From positions 124,001 to 188,000 of the forward strand of contig NC_135766.1 in NCBI RefSeq assembly GCF_052425735.1: a DNA stretch of 64,000 bases. The letters are read 5' to 3'. A program made the position numbers and the translations under genes. The notes under the pieces were generated by a model. That model was not told the DNA's origin. It saw nothing but the letters and a program-made list of their open reading frames with translations, and ran no database searches. Shown here in pieces: positions 38,578 through 51,440 of the stretch (position 1 is its first letter; each line of letters starts with the position of its first letter). Source of the stretch: Oculina patagonica. Its lineage: Eukaryota.

Positions 38578-38629
<52 letters not shown>

Positions 38630-38704
38630 CTAACTAACTAAGTAGCTAACTAACTAACTTACTAACTAAGTAACTAAGTAAGTAACTAAGTAATTAAGTA
38701 AGTA
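38578..38704. repeat. Compound (TAAG)n/(TAAC)n microsatellite
   Basis: Direct read. Confidence 0.9.
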
Positions 38705-40157
38705 CACTAAATAATGCCAAAATTAAGAGTAAGTAAAAATCGTTTTCAGTAGTTGCGTTCAATTCTGGACATATTTTATTAACTTAAAAATGTAATTTCC
38801 GTTGCACTACAATAAAGTTGGCCTAAAAAATGATTATTTTCTGACATTTTTTGTGTATTTTGTCGTCGTGACAGACCCTTACACCATTTTATGTACGGCA
38901 TACATTTCTCTGGTTCGAACAAAAGCGAAATTTTCCAGGAAAAACTATTAAAAAAATAAGTTTCTATCTATTTATATCATCAGAAAGTGTATATTATCTG
39001 GTTGAACACCAAAAATCTGATATCGGGTTTCTTTTGGTTCGCATTGTCATCGTGGTCATTTGTCTACTCACGTTAGATTAACTAGAGGACGTACGTGAAA
39101 ATCCATACTCTCTCCCCAACCCCCCCCCCCCCCCTCCCCAACGCCTCCGGAGTTACAAGGAAGCGGGGAGCGAGGGTGGAACTCTCCATAAAGTTTTGGT
39201 TCCATACACTATTTCGAACTGCGTTGAAAGCCGTAAAATCAAACCAAAATACTCATTGGATGCAAAATTAAACTAATTGCACGATTCTGTTTCTTTTTTT
39301 TTCTTCACAAAAACTGGCAAAAAACAAGAAATTTAATGCAATTTCTAGGGGATGGCATCCACCTCCCTCTTGTACGTCAAAGGACTAGTGCATCACCATG
39401 GCGACAGTAGCCAAATAATAAACATATGACACTACATACGACCTCTGTAAACCTCTGTAAACTCTATAATATCAGTTCAGGAGTTATTAAGCGTTTTTGT
39501 TTCATAGTTCAAATTTAAAGGCTTCTTAGAAGGAGAACATAAAAATCCAACCTTCATGAACCGGAATTTGATCCACATTACAACTTTTAACAATAAAAAA
39601 AAAACATGTAGAAAGATACAATTAACTGACTCACGTCGTATAAGGAGCGATTATTTTCAATCACATAATTCATCAATCGTTCAGTTACTAATATATTACG
39701 AATAAACTAATATGTGGAATTAAGATTCCCTAAAAATGAGACAGCTGTATAATGTTTTCCTAGTCCTAAATGCTTATTGATCTAAGATTAATTTTAATGC
39801 TAAACTAATATTGTTGTTTTCCGTTTCGAACAGTTTTGTTAAAATGCACTTCCATGCATCTGGCTTTCGAATTGGTTTCATATCCCAGCACGTCTTCACC
39901 GGAATCTATGGAAGCACTTAAACAATAACTAAAATCCTGAAAGCTGCAAACAAATGCTATTGTTTTTGAAATAGAGATGTCTTCCAACAATAGGAGTTAA
40001 TTCAGGAAAAAATGCTGGTGGTTAAGGGTGCTTAGACTAATCTTAGAAAATTTAACTTCGATTGCAAATTGACGTTTAAATTGACACTTTACTTATTTCC
40101 AAACGTTCCCAAAGTACGACAACCAAATTCAGCAATAAGTTGTTTCCAAAGATTAGC

Positions 40158-40394
40158 TAGAGACCTCCAATAAGAACGCTCACAAAACAACGTGCTTGGT
40201 CTCTATAGAAGAAAGTCACTCAGAACTACCAACAATCCCAATCTTATATCTTCCAATATTTGACGACGTTCGGGTTGAGCCAAAAATAGAGTTGATTGAA
40301 ACTAAGTGCTTATATGTAGGCGCTAGAAAATATAAAAATAGCATAGCCTTTATTAGGGTAAGCATAGAGGTGTCTTTCTTATTGGAGGTCTCTA
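40158..40394. mobile_element. MITE
   Basis: TIRs tagagacctccaataaga / tcttattggaggtctcta. Confidence 0.65.
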
Positions 40395-40720
40395 GCTAGT
40401 CTCTAGCATAGCCTTTATTAGGGTAAGAACGTGTTATTACCCAGTTAAAACAACTTAAAATGTAAGTCTGACCGTACGGTTGGGCTGAATGCTTCTTCAA
40501 GGGATTGGCCCTTGTAAAAATCAATAATATTTAATTGTTGGTTTGGGAGACACAAATAGGCAGAAGCCCTTAACTATAACCAGAAGTGCATTGTTTTTAA
40601 TTGGCCTTTTGGCCGCTAGCCCCTCCCAGGCTAAGCATTGAACTTTTAAAAACAGCTATATCAGCCAAGCCGTTATAATATACCCCCTGAGTCTTCATCG
40701 CTGTTCTTTTATCGCATCTT

Positions 40721-40984
40721 TTAATATGTATCTTCATATCGAGGAGGCATCTTAGCCTACTGATGCGGGTAGCCTGGGTTAATCGAAGTAGACGGACCAG
40801 ATTGAAAATACTGAGGATGACTTTCAACCGCACCGGAAGCAGGGTGTCCGACCCGATCCTCCAATGAATACCATTGAGTTTCAACCTGATCGTGGCGCAT
40901 TTGCAATGGAACGGCCAAGGGAACTTCATTAGGCATTAGTGTAATGATTTAAGCAGAGTTGCCTGTGAACATCACTTGTTGTCG
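40721..40984 (-). CDS. MS4A/CD20-like 4-TM gene, last exon (cytoplasmic tail with two in-frame stops; current stop at 40951-40949)
   Basis: Pyrimidine tract + cattAG| at 40985, phase 0: RQQVMFTGNSA*IITLMPNEVPLAVPLQ...NPGYPHQ*AKMPPRYEDTY*. Confidence 0.6.
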
Positions 40985-41804
40985 CTAATGTTTGAAAAAA
41001 TAGAAAGAAGGTGAAGGCTGTGCCTTTTGATGCATTCAAGCTCCTATTATTTAGCACTGTGGTCTAGTGATAAATGCGCTGGACATAGGATCGAGTGCTC
41101 CAGGTCCAACCTTTGGAGATGGAAGGGATGGGATAGAGGGTTTCTATTATGATCTTAATACGATAGTTACTCTCACAATGCCACTAACACAAATAAAAAC
41201 TTAGAAGATTTTGTGCATTTTTAAACTCTATCTAATATTTTTAATTTTATTATGCATGTATATTTGTATCCTAGGTAATTTTTAAATAATCATGTTATGT
41301 ATTTTATTTCAGTAATGCCATAAAAAATATAAAGAATATAAAGAACTGTATACGTTATTTTCTATTTCTTATCTGTAAATAAGTTTAAAGGTCCACATCA
41401 GCCCTAGGCTGCCATCTTTATAGACCTTTGTTTTCAAATAAAGTATGTATGTATGTATGTACTCTTGGAATCGACTCTCGATAACTACTTTCACGATGCC
41501 ACTTTTCGCTCACTACAGTAAATGCGAAAACTGACTTTATATTTGGGATGGGTAGCCGATGAAAAAAAAAAAAAACACTTCACAGGACTGCTACAGGGTT
41601 CCAATTGGGACCTTTTATTCCACAGGAAGCCCAAGATTAAGATGAGGGGAGTTGTAACCGTACTGGCTTAACGTGACTCTTGACTGGTAGCTTACGGAGG
41701 TGTTGTGTTACAACGGTTCTTATTTATAAAGATTTGTATGGGAGAATTCGCTTTCGAATTTATAGCTAAAAATAATGATACCTTGACAATAAAATCTACA
41801 TACG

Positions 41805-42567
41805 TTAATGCCTTGTCGTTATGTCTGTTATTAGCTGCGGTCACATCTACGACGTAACTAAAGTTTAACTATAGTTAGTATCGAGTTACGTGACGTCATA
41901 CCTAACTATAGTTAGTGCTTTCGGTCGTCTTTGCGGTCACACTAATGCAGTTAACTATAGTAAGTTCTAATAAGCTTTTGAATAATTTCAAATTTAAATG
42001 AGTTCACGGCAGCCCTTGTTGTTGATTTGTGTCTAGTTGTTCCTCTATTTTTTTTTTCTATTTTGGCACTCCATCTCGGCGTCGAAGAAAATAAAATGAA
42101 GTAAGGATGCTAGAAGCCGAAGAATTCAAGCTTTATTTTTGCTAAAATTTGTCATATGTACTTTCTTGGCTGTTTTTTTTATTCCTTCCCTTCACGCGTT
42201 GTATATTTATGTCCATCTAGCATGTGCGAAAAGAATTGTCGCATTCTGATTGGTTTTTCGTTTCTAAACTTAAGACTAACCCATGAACGTTGCTTGGGTA
42301 TAACTACATGTATAGTCAGTGTGTATTGTTATGGATCAGCGAGGAGTAAATTTGCGAACTATAGTTAGGGCGAACAGAGAAGCGGTCACATTACCGAAAT
42401 AGCTAACTAAAGTTAACGCCGTCTTAACTAAGTTAGCATTCCAGATGTGACCGCAGCCATTATCTCGTTCCTCAAGCCGGCCGATAGAGGCAAAATACAA
42501 AATGGCATAACGCGCTTTTCTCGGCCTGATAAACGGGATAATAACAGAGATAACGACAAGGCATTAA
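41805..42567. mobile_element. MITE interrupted by a second MITE (41833-42458)
   Basis: Outer TIR ttaatgccttgtcgttat.tctgttattatc.cgtt is restored when the inner element (TIR gctgcggtcacatct, ATT duplication) is removed. Confidence 0.75.
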
Positions 42568-42912
42568 GGTAAATCATAGGGAACTAAGACTGCTATAAAA
42601 CTAAGAGCTGTACAACTTTCAAATATGCAATTTTTGTATGTAACGCATCTTATAAGCAGCTGCCAAAAGAAACTTTGGCTCTCTCCCAGGCTTTCTTTTC
42701 GCAACAGTTTTAGTTTCGAACATAACTGCTACGATCTTTCACGTATCGCATAATATCTAAAAATAATTTTAACATAACCATTTTAAAGAAAATTACAAAA
42801 AAAACAACAACAACAACAACAACAAAAAAACAAAGAAAAAAACAAAAACAAAAGCACGATAACAAAGTCATCAATAAGATTAAAAACGTTTTAATTGAGA
42901 CGAAAGGCGTAC

Positions 42913-43140
42913 CGGTTCTGGTGGAGTCGAAGCACAGCGTACCTGACAACAGCCTATCGCTGCCGTCATTCCAAGGACATTGGCAGTTACCCCAAGAGCC
43001 CAATTAACTGCAGCGATGACCATTGCCAAGGAATAAAGATAACCCTCAAGCCAAGTAATGGCAATGACGAAACCGTAGTTAATGCTCATTCCAAAACCAA
43101 GTATGGCCGTGAAAATAGCGAATCCCATGAAGACAGCGAT
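42913..43140 (-). CDS. MS4A/CD20-like 4-TM gene, exon encoding TM3-TM4
   Basis: tttacAG|ATC...CCG|GTACGC; 228 bp, phase 0-0; IAVFMGFAIFTAILGFGMSINYG...AMVIAAVNWALGVTANVLGMTAAIGCC. Confidence 0.75.
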
Positions 43141-43512
43141 CTGTAAAGAACGCACATATATATTGTGAGTACAGTCAACACAGTAACTACAAAAGTGCTC
43201 CTTAAAATTTAGTCAATAGTACAGTACTTCAACGTATAGACATAAAAAAATGTTAGTCAGCGCCTTTAGGATACCAAACTTACACACCAAAAACAAAATG
43301 ATATAACGGATTCCTTATCTGCTCAAGTCTTTGTGCACCAAAAAGGTCGTCTTCTGTGTACTTACAATATTATAGTTTGTAAAAATTTTCACCTTATGTC
43401 TAAAGAAGCGAATACGGGCTTTTTAACATTTTGGTCTTCTTTCAGGTTGCAAAATGTCAGTTAAGTTTCTAGATTAGAAGCTGCGAAAGTTTGCTTGGAC
43501 AAGCGAATTTAA

Positions 43513-43550
43513 CCCTATTCAGACATGGCTTTTTTGGACCTTCTCAGATC
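43513..43550. mobile_element. Solo terminus of the piggyBac-like MITE family
   Basis: TTAA|ccctattcagac.tggcttttttggaccttctcag matches the end of the 36554-37110 family. Confidence 0.5.
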
Positions 43551-44076
43551 GTTCGAATTGAAGCGGAAATGATAAAGTTTTTTCCAAGCTGACCTCACGA
43601 GGTGAAAAATTGAACTTTTCTTCTTTACGTCTGAAGGGAAGATGAACGATGAAATAGCACAAAAGGACAGTAGTGGTGCATAAATCGTTCGAATTGAAGC
43701 GGAAATGATGAAGTTTTTTCCAAGCTGATCATGACCTGACGAGGTGAAAAATGAAATTTCCTTCTTTACGTCTGAAGAGAAAATGAACGATGAAATAGCA
43801 CAAAAGGACAGCAGAAAACAAGAAAGGCGAGCACATTTTCTTTATTTGATTGAAAATAATGTTTGTAGTACCTTCTTTACGCCTGAAGGGAAAATGAACG
43901 ATGAAATAGCACAAAAGGACAACAGAAATCAAGAAAGGCGAGCACATTTTCTTTATTTGATTGAAAATAATGTTTGTAGTGCCTTCTTTACGCCTGAAGG
44001 GAAAATGAACGATGAAATAGCACAAAAAGACAACAGAAATCAAGAAAGGCGAGCACATTTTCTTTATTTGATTGAA
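43548..44076. repeat. Composite minisatellite (~140-bp unit x2 overlapping a 111-bp unit x3)
   Basis: Shared ~50-bp core cttctttacg.ctgaag.gaa.atgaacgatgaaatagcacaaaa.gaca near 43620, 43760, 43871 and 43982. Confidence 0.85.
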
Positions 44077-45176
44077 AAGAAGGTAAAATTTTATTTCGAT
44101 GAGCGTTTTTATTCCACATTATATTAACCCTTAATATGCTGAAATTTCTCCAAAAAAACTGTTTTTTTTTAACCGTTAATCGATTTTCTTGGCTTTACGG
44201 TCCTAAATTTCTCTAAATTTTGCAAGAAATGCACTTTCTGACACTGCAGTAGGTTTTTGATGCAATTTCCATGTAAAAATGTACAACGTTTTACTTGGCG
44301 CATGCGCATAAGCCAAAATTTGGACTTTTTTTGCTGAACCGTTCCGATTTTTTTACTTGCTCCTTCCCTTTTCGTTTTTTCTCTACTTTCTTATTCTTTC
44401 TATCCTTTGAGATAAAATATGTAAGCTTTGTTCTACGAGTAAAAATTAGCATAATACATGCTACTTCTAAAATTGCTTGCAACTATCAAAGCCAAGCGAA
44501 AGGTCGAACACTTGAGCCGTCAGAATGCCGACCCGTGTTCATGAAATTAGCTGTTATTCTCAAAGTTTGCCATTTTTCACCCAAAGCGCCTCAAATTCAA
44601 AGGCTTCGACAGTCACCCTATATGCATGCCAAAAAATTGCCCAATATTACATCTTTTCCCTGGTAAAACGACAATATTCCAGTGGTAAACCTGTACGAAC
44701 CATCCGCGGCCCGTCGGAGAGCTCTTCTGTATTTAATCCTATGCAATTTGGTACCACAAAAGCCACTTTCTAGGGGAGGTGTATGGAATGCCACATGCAA
44801 CACAAGATGACCTCATATTCATGATCTCAGGAATGAGGTGGAAACAAACAAAATTCCATACATGATCGTGCATTGAGCTTGTTCGCATTGATTAATTTGT
44901 TAGTTTCTATTGTTCTTCACGACATCAACATGGTGTCTACATTTATACGTTTATACGTTTTGAATAGAAAACTTAAACCACGGCGGTGAAATGTAACATG
45001 AATCTTTTTACTGTGGTTTCAAAAATACGTTTAATACATATTCACCCAGCAATTCATCTGACTGCTAAAATCAGAATGGGCGATGGAAATGGAATTAAAC
45101 TTCAAAAGTTAGGGCTAAACCACCGGAGTGTATCTCTGTTTCCATGCCATAAAGGTGCTTCTCTTTTGTAGCACCT

Positions 45177-45590
45177 AGCGGCACCTAGCCTATGGAACTC
45201 TCTCCCGAACTGTATAAGAAAGAGCGGCTCGCTATCAGATTTTAAGACTTGTATAAAGACATACCTTTTTAACAAATTTATAATTAGACTTTTAGTTAGT
45301 CAGTTACCCAGTAAATTAGATAGTTCAGTTAGACAGTTAGTTAGTCACTTACATGTAGTTAATTAGGTAAGTTAGTTAATGAGTTAGTTTTTCATTTAAA
45401 GATTTTAATAATCCTTAGCTAGTTTTTATTTCTATTTTTACAGCTCAGCTATTTTATTTGTTAGTATTTTTTTTATCACTGATGTAAATTTTTTAAGTAA
45501 ATTTCACTTTTTAATAATATCTTTTACTATAAAGCGCCATGAGCCATGGATATGGCGCTATATAAATATTTTATTATTATTTATTATTAT
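45177..45590 (+). mobile_element. L2-type LINE 3' fragment
   Basis: AAPSLWNSLPNCIRKSGSLSDFKTCIKTYLF, then aaagcgccatgag...ggcgctatataaata and a (TAT)n tail. Confidence 0.7.
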
Positions 45591-45609
45591 AAAGGAGGTA
45601 TTTCCACCG

Positions 45610-45738
45610 AATGTAATTTAACCTGGGTAAAATAGGGATTGTGAGAGAGAAGAGTCTTGCCTAAGAACACGTCACTACGACGCCTACTCAAGCCACTAGC
45701 TCTAGAGTCCAATGCGCTAACCATTAGGTCACCTCTTC
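45610..45738 (-). mobile_element. Degraded copy of the tRNA/CORE-like SINE
   Basis: gtcttgcctaagaacac...gcgctaaccattaggtcacc aligns with 9378-9470. Confidence 0.55.
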
Positions 45739-46117
45739 TTAGCCGGATGTACAGACATTACATCCATTCTCATTTTCACTACTTGCAAAAGAGAAATGAA
45801 TACTTGGAATAGTGGATATGTTCCTCGAGGTTCAATTCAGTGTTGTTGAGGTGACAATGTACGTAATCATATCCCGCCTTGAAAAGCACGAAACATCGTA
45901 ACCAAATTCCAATTAGTTTCTAGCATGAAAAATACGACAATAAATTTGCGAGTAACTATTTGGGGTTATGCGTTGCCTTTCTACATGTATATCAAATGGG
46001 CGCATTAAAAATTGCGAGCTCGATGTAAACTCCCGTTTCGTTCTTTTAATCCATGGGTAGCATTCGATAAAAAAAAGAACATTGAATTGTTTATGATCTT
46101 GCGAAGAAACTACTCAC

Positions 46118-46159
46118 CATGCGACTGTCCGGGAGACCCACTGCTCCCGTAAGTATTAC
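46118..46159 (-). CDS. MS4A/CD20-like 4-TM gene, 42-bp exon (end of TM2)
   Basis: tttacAG|GTAATACTTACGGGA...CGCATG|GTGAGT; phase 0-0; VILTGAVGLPDSRM completes GLWSGVW-VILTGAVG. Confidence 0.7.
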
Positions 46160-47893
46160 CTGTAAAGGTAAATATAAAGGAAACGACAAGAATAATTTTG
46201 ATTTCTTACGTTAACTTCCATGCAAGCCACCAACAGCCGCATTTTAAGAAGAATTTTTCCAAATTAATCCCGAGGCCACGCGGAAGTAAAAAATAAAATG
46301 GGAAATCCAGTGCTTCTCGGATCCTGGCTTTATTATTAGTTTATTTCAGATATGTGTCCGTTTCTTTTCCACCCAGTTGCTTAATTCTTTAAAATAAACG
46401 AACTAAAAAGAACTAAAAAGAACTAACAAACAATTTGAATTGTGGCGCTAGCTTCGCGTCTAAATCTGAAGCCGTTTCTTGAGGTGGCTCGATACAGTTT
46501 TTTTTTTTTCTGTTCCATACCTACAATTAGAAGGATCTGAAATGTTTCGGATTGTATTTTTTGCGTAGTGATAATAAATGAGCCGAGACACAAACACTAT
46601 GTAGACGAAGTAATCTCAAATAACGTCAAAGTGTGTATTAAAGTAATCTTTCGAAGTCGTGAAAGTTTTGTTGAGTTTTCACAACTCAATTCTGGGAATT
46701 TGTTTTTTTTTTCTTTCGACCGCTCGTATTGTAATTTTGAGATAATTTTCGGTGTTAAGCACTTTTTGAAAAGTCTAAAAAACAGCTCGATAGATTTTCT
46801 TTAAACTTTCAGCACGGAAGCCTCGATTGTGTAAAGTATTTTATCCCAAAGTTTTATTTTCATTTCATTTCATTTACTTTTATTTTCATTTTATTTTAAC
46901 GTTAATAAGCGATATGTCACTCGCATACGAAAAATAGCCACTTGGGTCCCGGAAGGAATGGCATATAAAATCCGAGAGTGGCTTAGTTCCCAGTTTAACA
47001 GTTCTCCATATAATAATGAGGGAATGCAGTACAATCCGTTGACGAAACCATCTCATTGTGCCCGGAAATTTGGCTCACCAATATATCCGGCATGAAAGCA
47101 CCCTTGCCGTTGTCTTGTTTAGGGTTGTTCTCATATAATCGGCCCGATCGTTTCTGTTGCCTCGCATCGTTTGCAAACGCCGAGGCGTTTGCAAAGAGCA
47201 AGGCTCGTCGCCTGCTAAACTTTCGTCATTGCCGTTTTACGAAGAAGGAGGGAAAAAGAGGCCAAACGTAACGTAGTTGTGAGTGATATTGATGCACCAT
47301 GTGACAGTTTGGATCGCTTTGATCATCTCCCGGCGTGAAAGTAGTTCTCGTATAATCGTTCGCGATCGGCGCGGTCAGCGATCGATCGCCTGGATGGAAC
47401 ACGGGCGATCGAAGCAATCGTGATCGCCCCAATCGTCGAAGATCGCCTGTTGTTAGAAATAAGCTGTCTGTCTCTGGTATTCCACGTTTGAATTGTTCAT
47501 GTTTTCATATTTTTTCTTGGGACAGGATCTAGCTCGAACGTGCCAAGTGACACTCGGTTGCGAAGTTCATTCGGAGCGTAAGTGGGAACAGTTCGGCCTC
47601 AAAATAACCTTCAGTTTAAATGGCAACTCATGACACAGCTGACGGCAGTTAACCGACACTATCAGCCTATCTTCTTCATCAAAAAGTTTGTTTTCAACCT
47701 CAAAATATTTAGCTATATCTATAGAAAGCAACACTGAATTTGGCGCTAGATCGAGTGAGCAGGAAGAAACGCCTGGAAGAATAATGGTAAGCGAAATCTC
47801 ATCCGGTTGGTCGTTATATTCGGAAAATCGCGTACCATTATGCAACGGTCACACCAACCAGATTTTTCTTACAAATGGTTAGCACCCATTACG

Positions 47894-48067
47894 CAGGCAC
47901 GGCGGGGCCGGGGGGGGGGGGGGCTTTAGCCCCCCCCCCCAGAATTTCCGAAAAAATAAAGACTTACTAAGGGAAAGGTATTTTAAGCCCCCCCCCCCCC
48001 CACTTCAAGTCACTAGTCAGCCCCCCCCCCCCCCCCCCCCACTTGGAAAATTGCTCCACCGCCCCTG
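47894..48067. mobile_element. Small CAGG...CCTG MITE with 5-bp TSD (hAT-like termini)
   Basis: ttacg|caggcacggcggggc ... gctccaccgcccctg|ttacg; poly-G and poly-C tracts inside. Confidence 0.6.
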
Positions 48068-49269
48068 TTACGACGGCGCTATCTAGTTCAAGTTAATCAT
48101 GGCTGTATTTCATTATCTGGAATTTAATTGAATGACAAACTTCATTTAGTCACGGTAAAAAAAAGAAAAAATCAGTCAAAAATGATAAACATATTTTTAT
48201 ACTGCTTTACGCGTTTGTCGTGAAGTCTTCGTGTGGGTGGGCATTAATTCCCTTTCTAAAGCTTGCAAGGCCATGGATGGCTTACGTAGTTTGGACGGCA
48301 AAACTGTGTTTAAGATAACTAGTTCTTGGTTTGGGTACTGGCAGGGTGTTCTCAGAATTACGTACGGATACTGAAGAAAGAAATTACGAGCGGAGAACAG
48401 ATCGATCTTACTCGTTATCAAGGTTATAAATGTAAACGGAGTGTTCTAAACACGAGTCACGAGCCATGTTCCCTTCAAATCACGAATCACGTATTTAATA
48501 AACGCTGATCAAGTAGCGAACTGGTTAGATAGTTCCTGCAACACAGAAACAGAGCCGAGAGAACGCGTGTCCCACATAATGATTATCAATTTCATTTTGG
48601 CTTTCACGAACATTTTGGCAGCAGGAGTCGCGAATCGCGGTCCGTAAAATAACCAGATTACGCGTCCTACTAGACCGGCAATTCACAGATCAGAGACAGA
48701 ATTCACGGGTCGGGCGCTAATTATTACTCAAACGATGCGTCATGCATGGACCCCTTCAGTTATTGCCAAGCTGTTGTTTACGAGCTAGTGGCGGTCTGAA
48801 AAAATACTCTTTTTTCCGAGCTCGCTATTTCCATGTAAGGAACTGAAACACCTTGTTAATTTCTTTATGTTATATAGGGCATTTTGCATGCTAAAACCCG
48901 GGGCTGCATTGAAGTATGCATATTCTACAGACATTTGTCGACCGTAGTACATGAATTGCATTCATGGAATGTTCGTATAGGCGAATAAAGACTTCTTATT
49001 AACATGGTGCTTACTCTTAAAATGTCAATCAAAAAGCGTGATGAGGTCTTTTCAACAATGAAATAATCTTGACTTTGACTTTTGGCCAAAACCCTAAGTG
49101 GGCATAGGACCGGACTGATTCTTCTCCGCCATGCTGAGCCGAAACCCAAAGTCGCTCTTTCTCTTTCGGCAGTTCTTCGCCAAGTCTCCCTCGGTCTTAG
49201 GTAGCCTAAAATTAGCGTAACTGATAGAGTGTTTCGAAAGTGTTCGAAACTTCCGCAAATAGTCCTTAC

Positions 49270-49404
49270 CCAAACACCGCTCCAGAGCCCTATGAACCAA
49301 TCCAGAACACCAAAACAGATCATCAGAGTGCCTATAACGGCATGTGCAATGGCAATACGTCTTGCTTTTGCTGCAAAATTCGACGGTACGCGACAACGAC
49401 ACAT
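49270..49404 (-). CDS. MS4A/CD20-like 4-TM gene, exon with TM1 and start of TM2 (the exon begins at 49447)
   Basis: ttctttaAG| at 49448, donor TGG|GTAAGG at 49269; MCRCRVPSNFAAKARRIAIAHAVIGTLMICFGVLDWFIGLWSGVW. Joined CDS (49404-49270, 46159-46118, 43140-42913, 40984-40949) = 146 aa with four hydrophobic helices. Confidence 0.7.
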
Positions 49405-49587
49405 ACTAAAACAGCATTGTCTTGATCTTTTTGCTTGCAACGAGTGACTTAAAGAAGAAGACTTAGCGTGATTTCAAAGCCCTTCAGCGTTTAATTTGCA
49501 TAACACATAACAAGAAAAAGATAAGAATCATAAAGGTGTGTAATCACAAAAGTGCGCAAGGGACCGTGTAGTGCTACGGACGTCTTA

Positions 49588-49813
49588 AGCGGCCTTCACA
49601 CGACAAACTAAAGTTGGCAAACTTAAGTTGGTGTGTGTGAACGAGAAAACAACAGTTGTCAAACAAGTTGGCAAACTGTTGGTGAGAATAGAGACATTTC
49701 TTTTCTTGTCGCCAACAGTTGGCCAACTTGGTCGCCAATGTTGCATCGTTCACACACACCAACTTGAGTTTGCCGACATGAGTTGGCCAATAGTTTGTCG
49801 TGTGAAGGCCGCT
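49588..49813. mobile_element. PIF/Harbinger-like MITE
   Basis: TTA|agcggccttcacacgacaaacta ... tagtttgtcgtgtgaaggccgct|TTA. Confidence 0.85.
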
Positions 49814-50374
49814 TTAAAATAACTGTCAAGTTAGAACAAACAGACAAACGAAATATCCCGTCAAAGCGCGTGTTCTATCTCGTAAGACATCAACTTTGAT
49901 AGCCGCTTCTATACCAAAATCCCGTGTTATTTTTTTAATATTTACTAACTCATCTGACAACATTGTTACGACGAACAATGGATTTCCTATTTTAATCGGC
50001 TTAGTACAAAACCGTATTATCGGGCCTGATAAATTCTACAATAACTACCTCCAAATGCGAAAAACCCGGATAACAAAATTTTTGTTAAATGCTGTCTGAT
50101 CCGTACAGGAGATTTCGTAACAATTTGCCAACCCCCAGCTTTCGACCCTCAAGGTTCATTTAGACTGAGAGGTGGAAGTGGGCTGGAGGAGTAGAAGGGA
50201 TGGGTAGGGGTGGGGGGAAGGGGTGGGGGAGGGGGTAGCTAAAAAGTGGCTTATCTTGACGTCAAACGTAAGTTACTTCAAGATTTTTCAAGTCATATAA
50301 TGATTAAAAACTTTTACAGCAAAAATAGACAAACACCGTTAAAAAACAGTCAAAATATATTTGTAAAAAGACTA

Positions 50375-50480
50375 CACCTGGTTGCAGCTTGAAAGAATAG
50401 CCCAAAACAGACCACTCTGGCGAGAAACAGTTTCCACGGACCTAGCTCCACTGGGAGCAAAAGGGAGTAAGTCAAGTCTA
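50375..50480 (+). mobile_element. RTE-clade LINE 3' tip
   Basis: TWLQLERIAQNRPLWRETVSTDLAPLG, resembling an RTE ORF C-terminus (W..LE..AQNR..WR..V). Confidence 0.55.
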
Positions 50481-51048
50481 ACTGATTGGCAACAGCACCT
50501 GAAATTGACAAGTATTCTGCACGGTTGCACACATGGCGCTTTCGTATTTTTCTATTCAGCTCCAAACTTGTGTAACGACTCGATAGACAATAAACAGTTA
50601 GATTGAAAGTAGGAATTGCAACTATTTAAAGTCAATTTTATTGACGTACAAACTTAATATTACACTTCGTATATATTACACAGTTGTCAACGCCATATTT
50701 CTCAGCGCCATGTTTAATAACAAATATTAATTTATCTGAAGTTTAAACCTGCCAACTATTTGAAAGAATCTGAAAAGGTCTGGAAAGTGCAAACCAACAG
50801 AGGTACGTATACTAGTCCATGTAACAGAGATGATTTCTTGCCCGCGCAAAGCTGATGCTCAGAGGCTCTTTTAAAGAGAGCTATTTCAATCACTCCAGTT
50901 AATGTATATGGAGTTTAATAAAACATGCTGTACGTAGAAATAAGAATTACTAAGAATCACTATTTTATCTATTTTGTCTTTTGTTTGACAATCAAAAAAT
51001 AATTGCTTTGTATCCAAACTGAATGATTAGGCTAAAAAACACACTCAA

Positions 51049-51440
51049 AGGGACTGTGTCACGGATTTTAGCCAAACTTAGGCATATGAAATGATCATCA
51101 TAATCGTTTAAATATATAAAACAACCTCGTAAAACGGTGAATGAATATTTAAATAACACACCAAAAGCAAAGGAATGTACGGATGGCCAAAAGTGACGAA
51201 GATTGAAACGGGTTGCGATATGGGTTTTTGGAATAAGGGTCCAGCGGAACATTTTTCAAAGTCAATCTTGCCTACTTGAAACTTTATATTATAACACCCG
51301 AGAGACACATTTGGCTGCAATGAAGGTATGGTGTTGTCATTTAGAATCACATAAGTGATTTTTTGCGAACATTAAGTTTCATAGCGAGTATTTGGCAAAG
51401 GTTGGTAAAATAAACTTAACTTAGCCGTGACACAGTCTTT
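51049..51440. mobile_element. TTAA-flanked (Kolobok-like) MITE
   Basis: TCAA|agggactgtgtcacgg ... ccgtgacacagtcttt|TTAA. Confidence 0.8.

Noticed and set aside
40597-40929. 110-aa minus-strand ORF from the track
   Set aside because: Wrong frame; the splice-supported frame of this exon is the one ending PPRYEDTY.
43729-44127. Repeat-containing ORFs on both strands (109 and 127 aa)
   Set aside because: By-product of a 111-bp in-frame minisatellite inside an intron; no splice or domain support.
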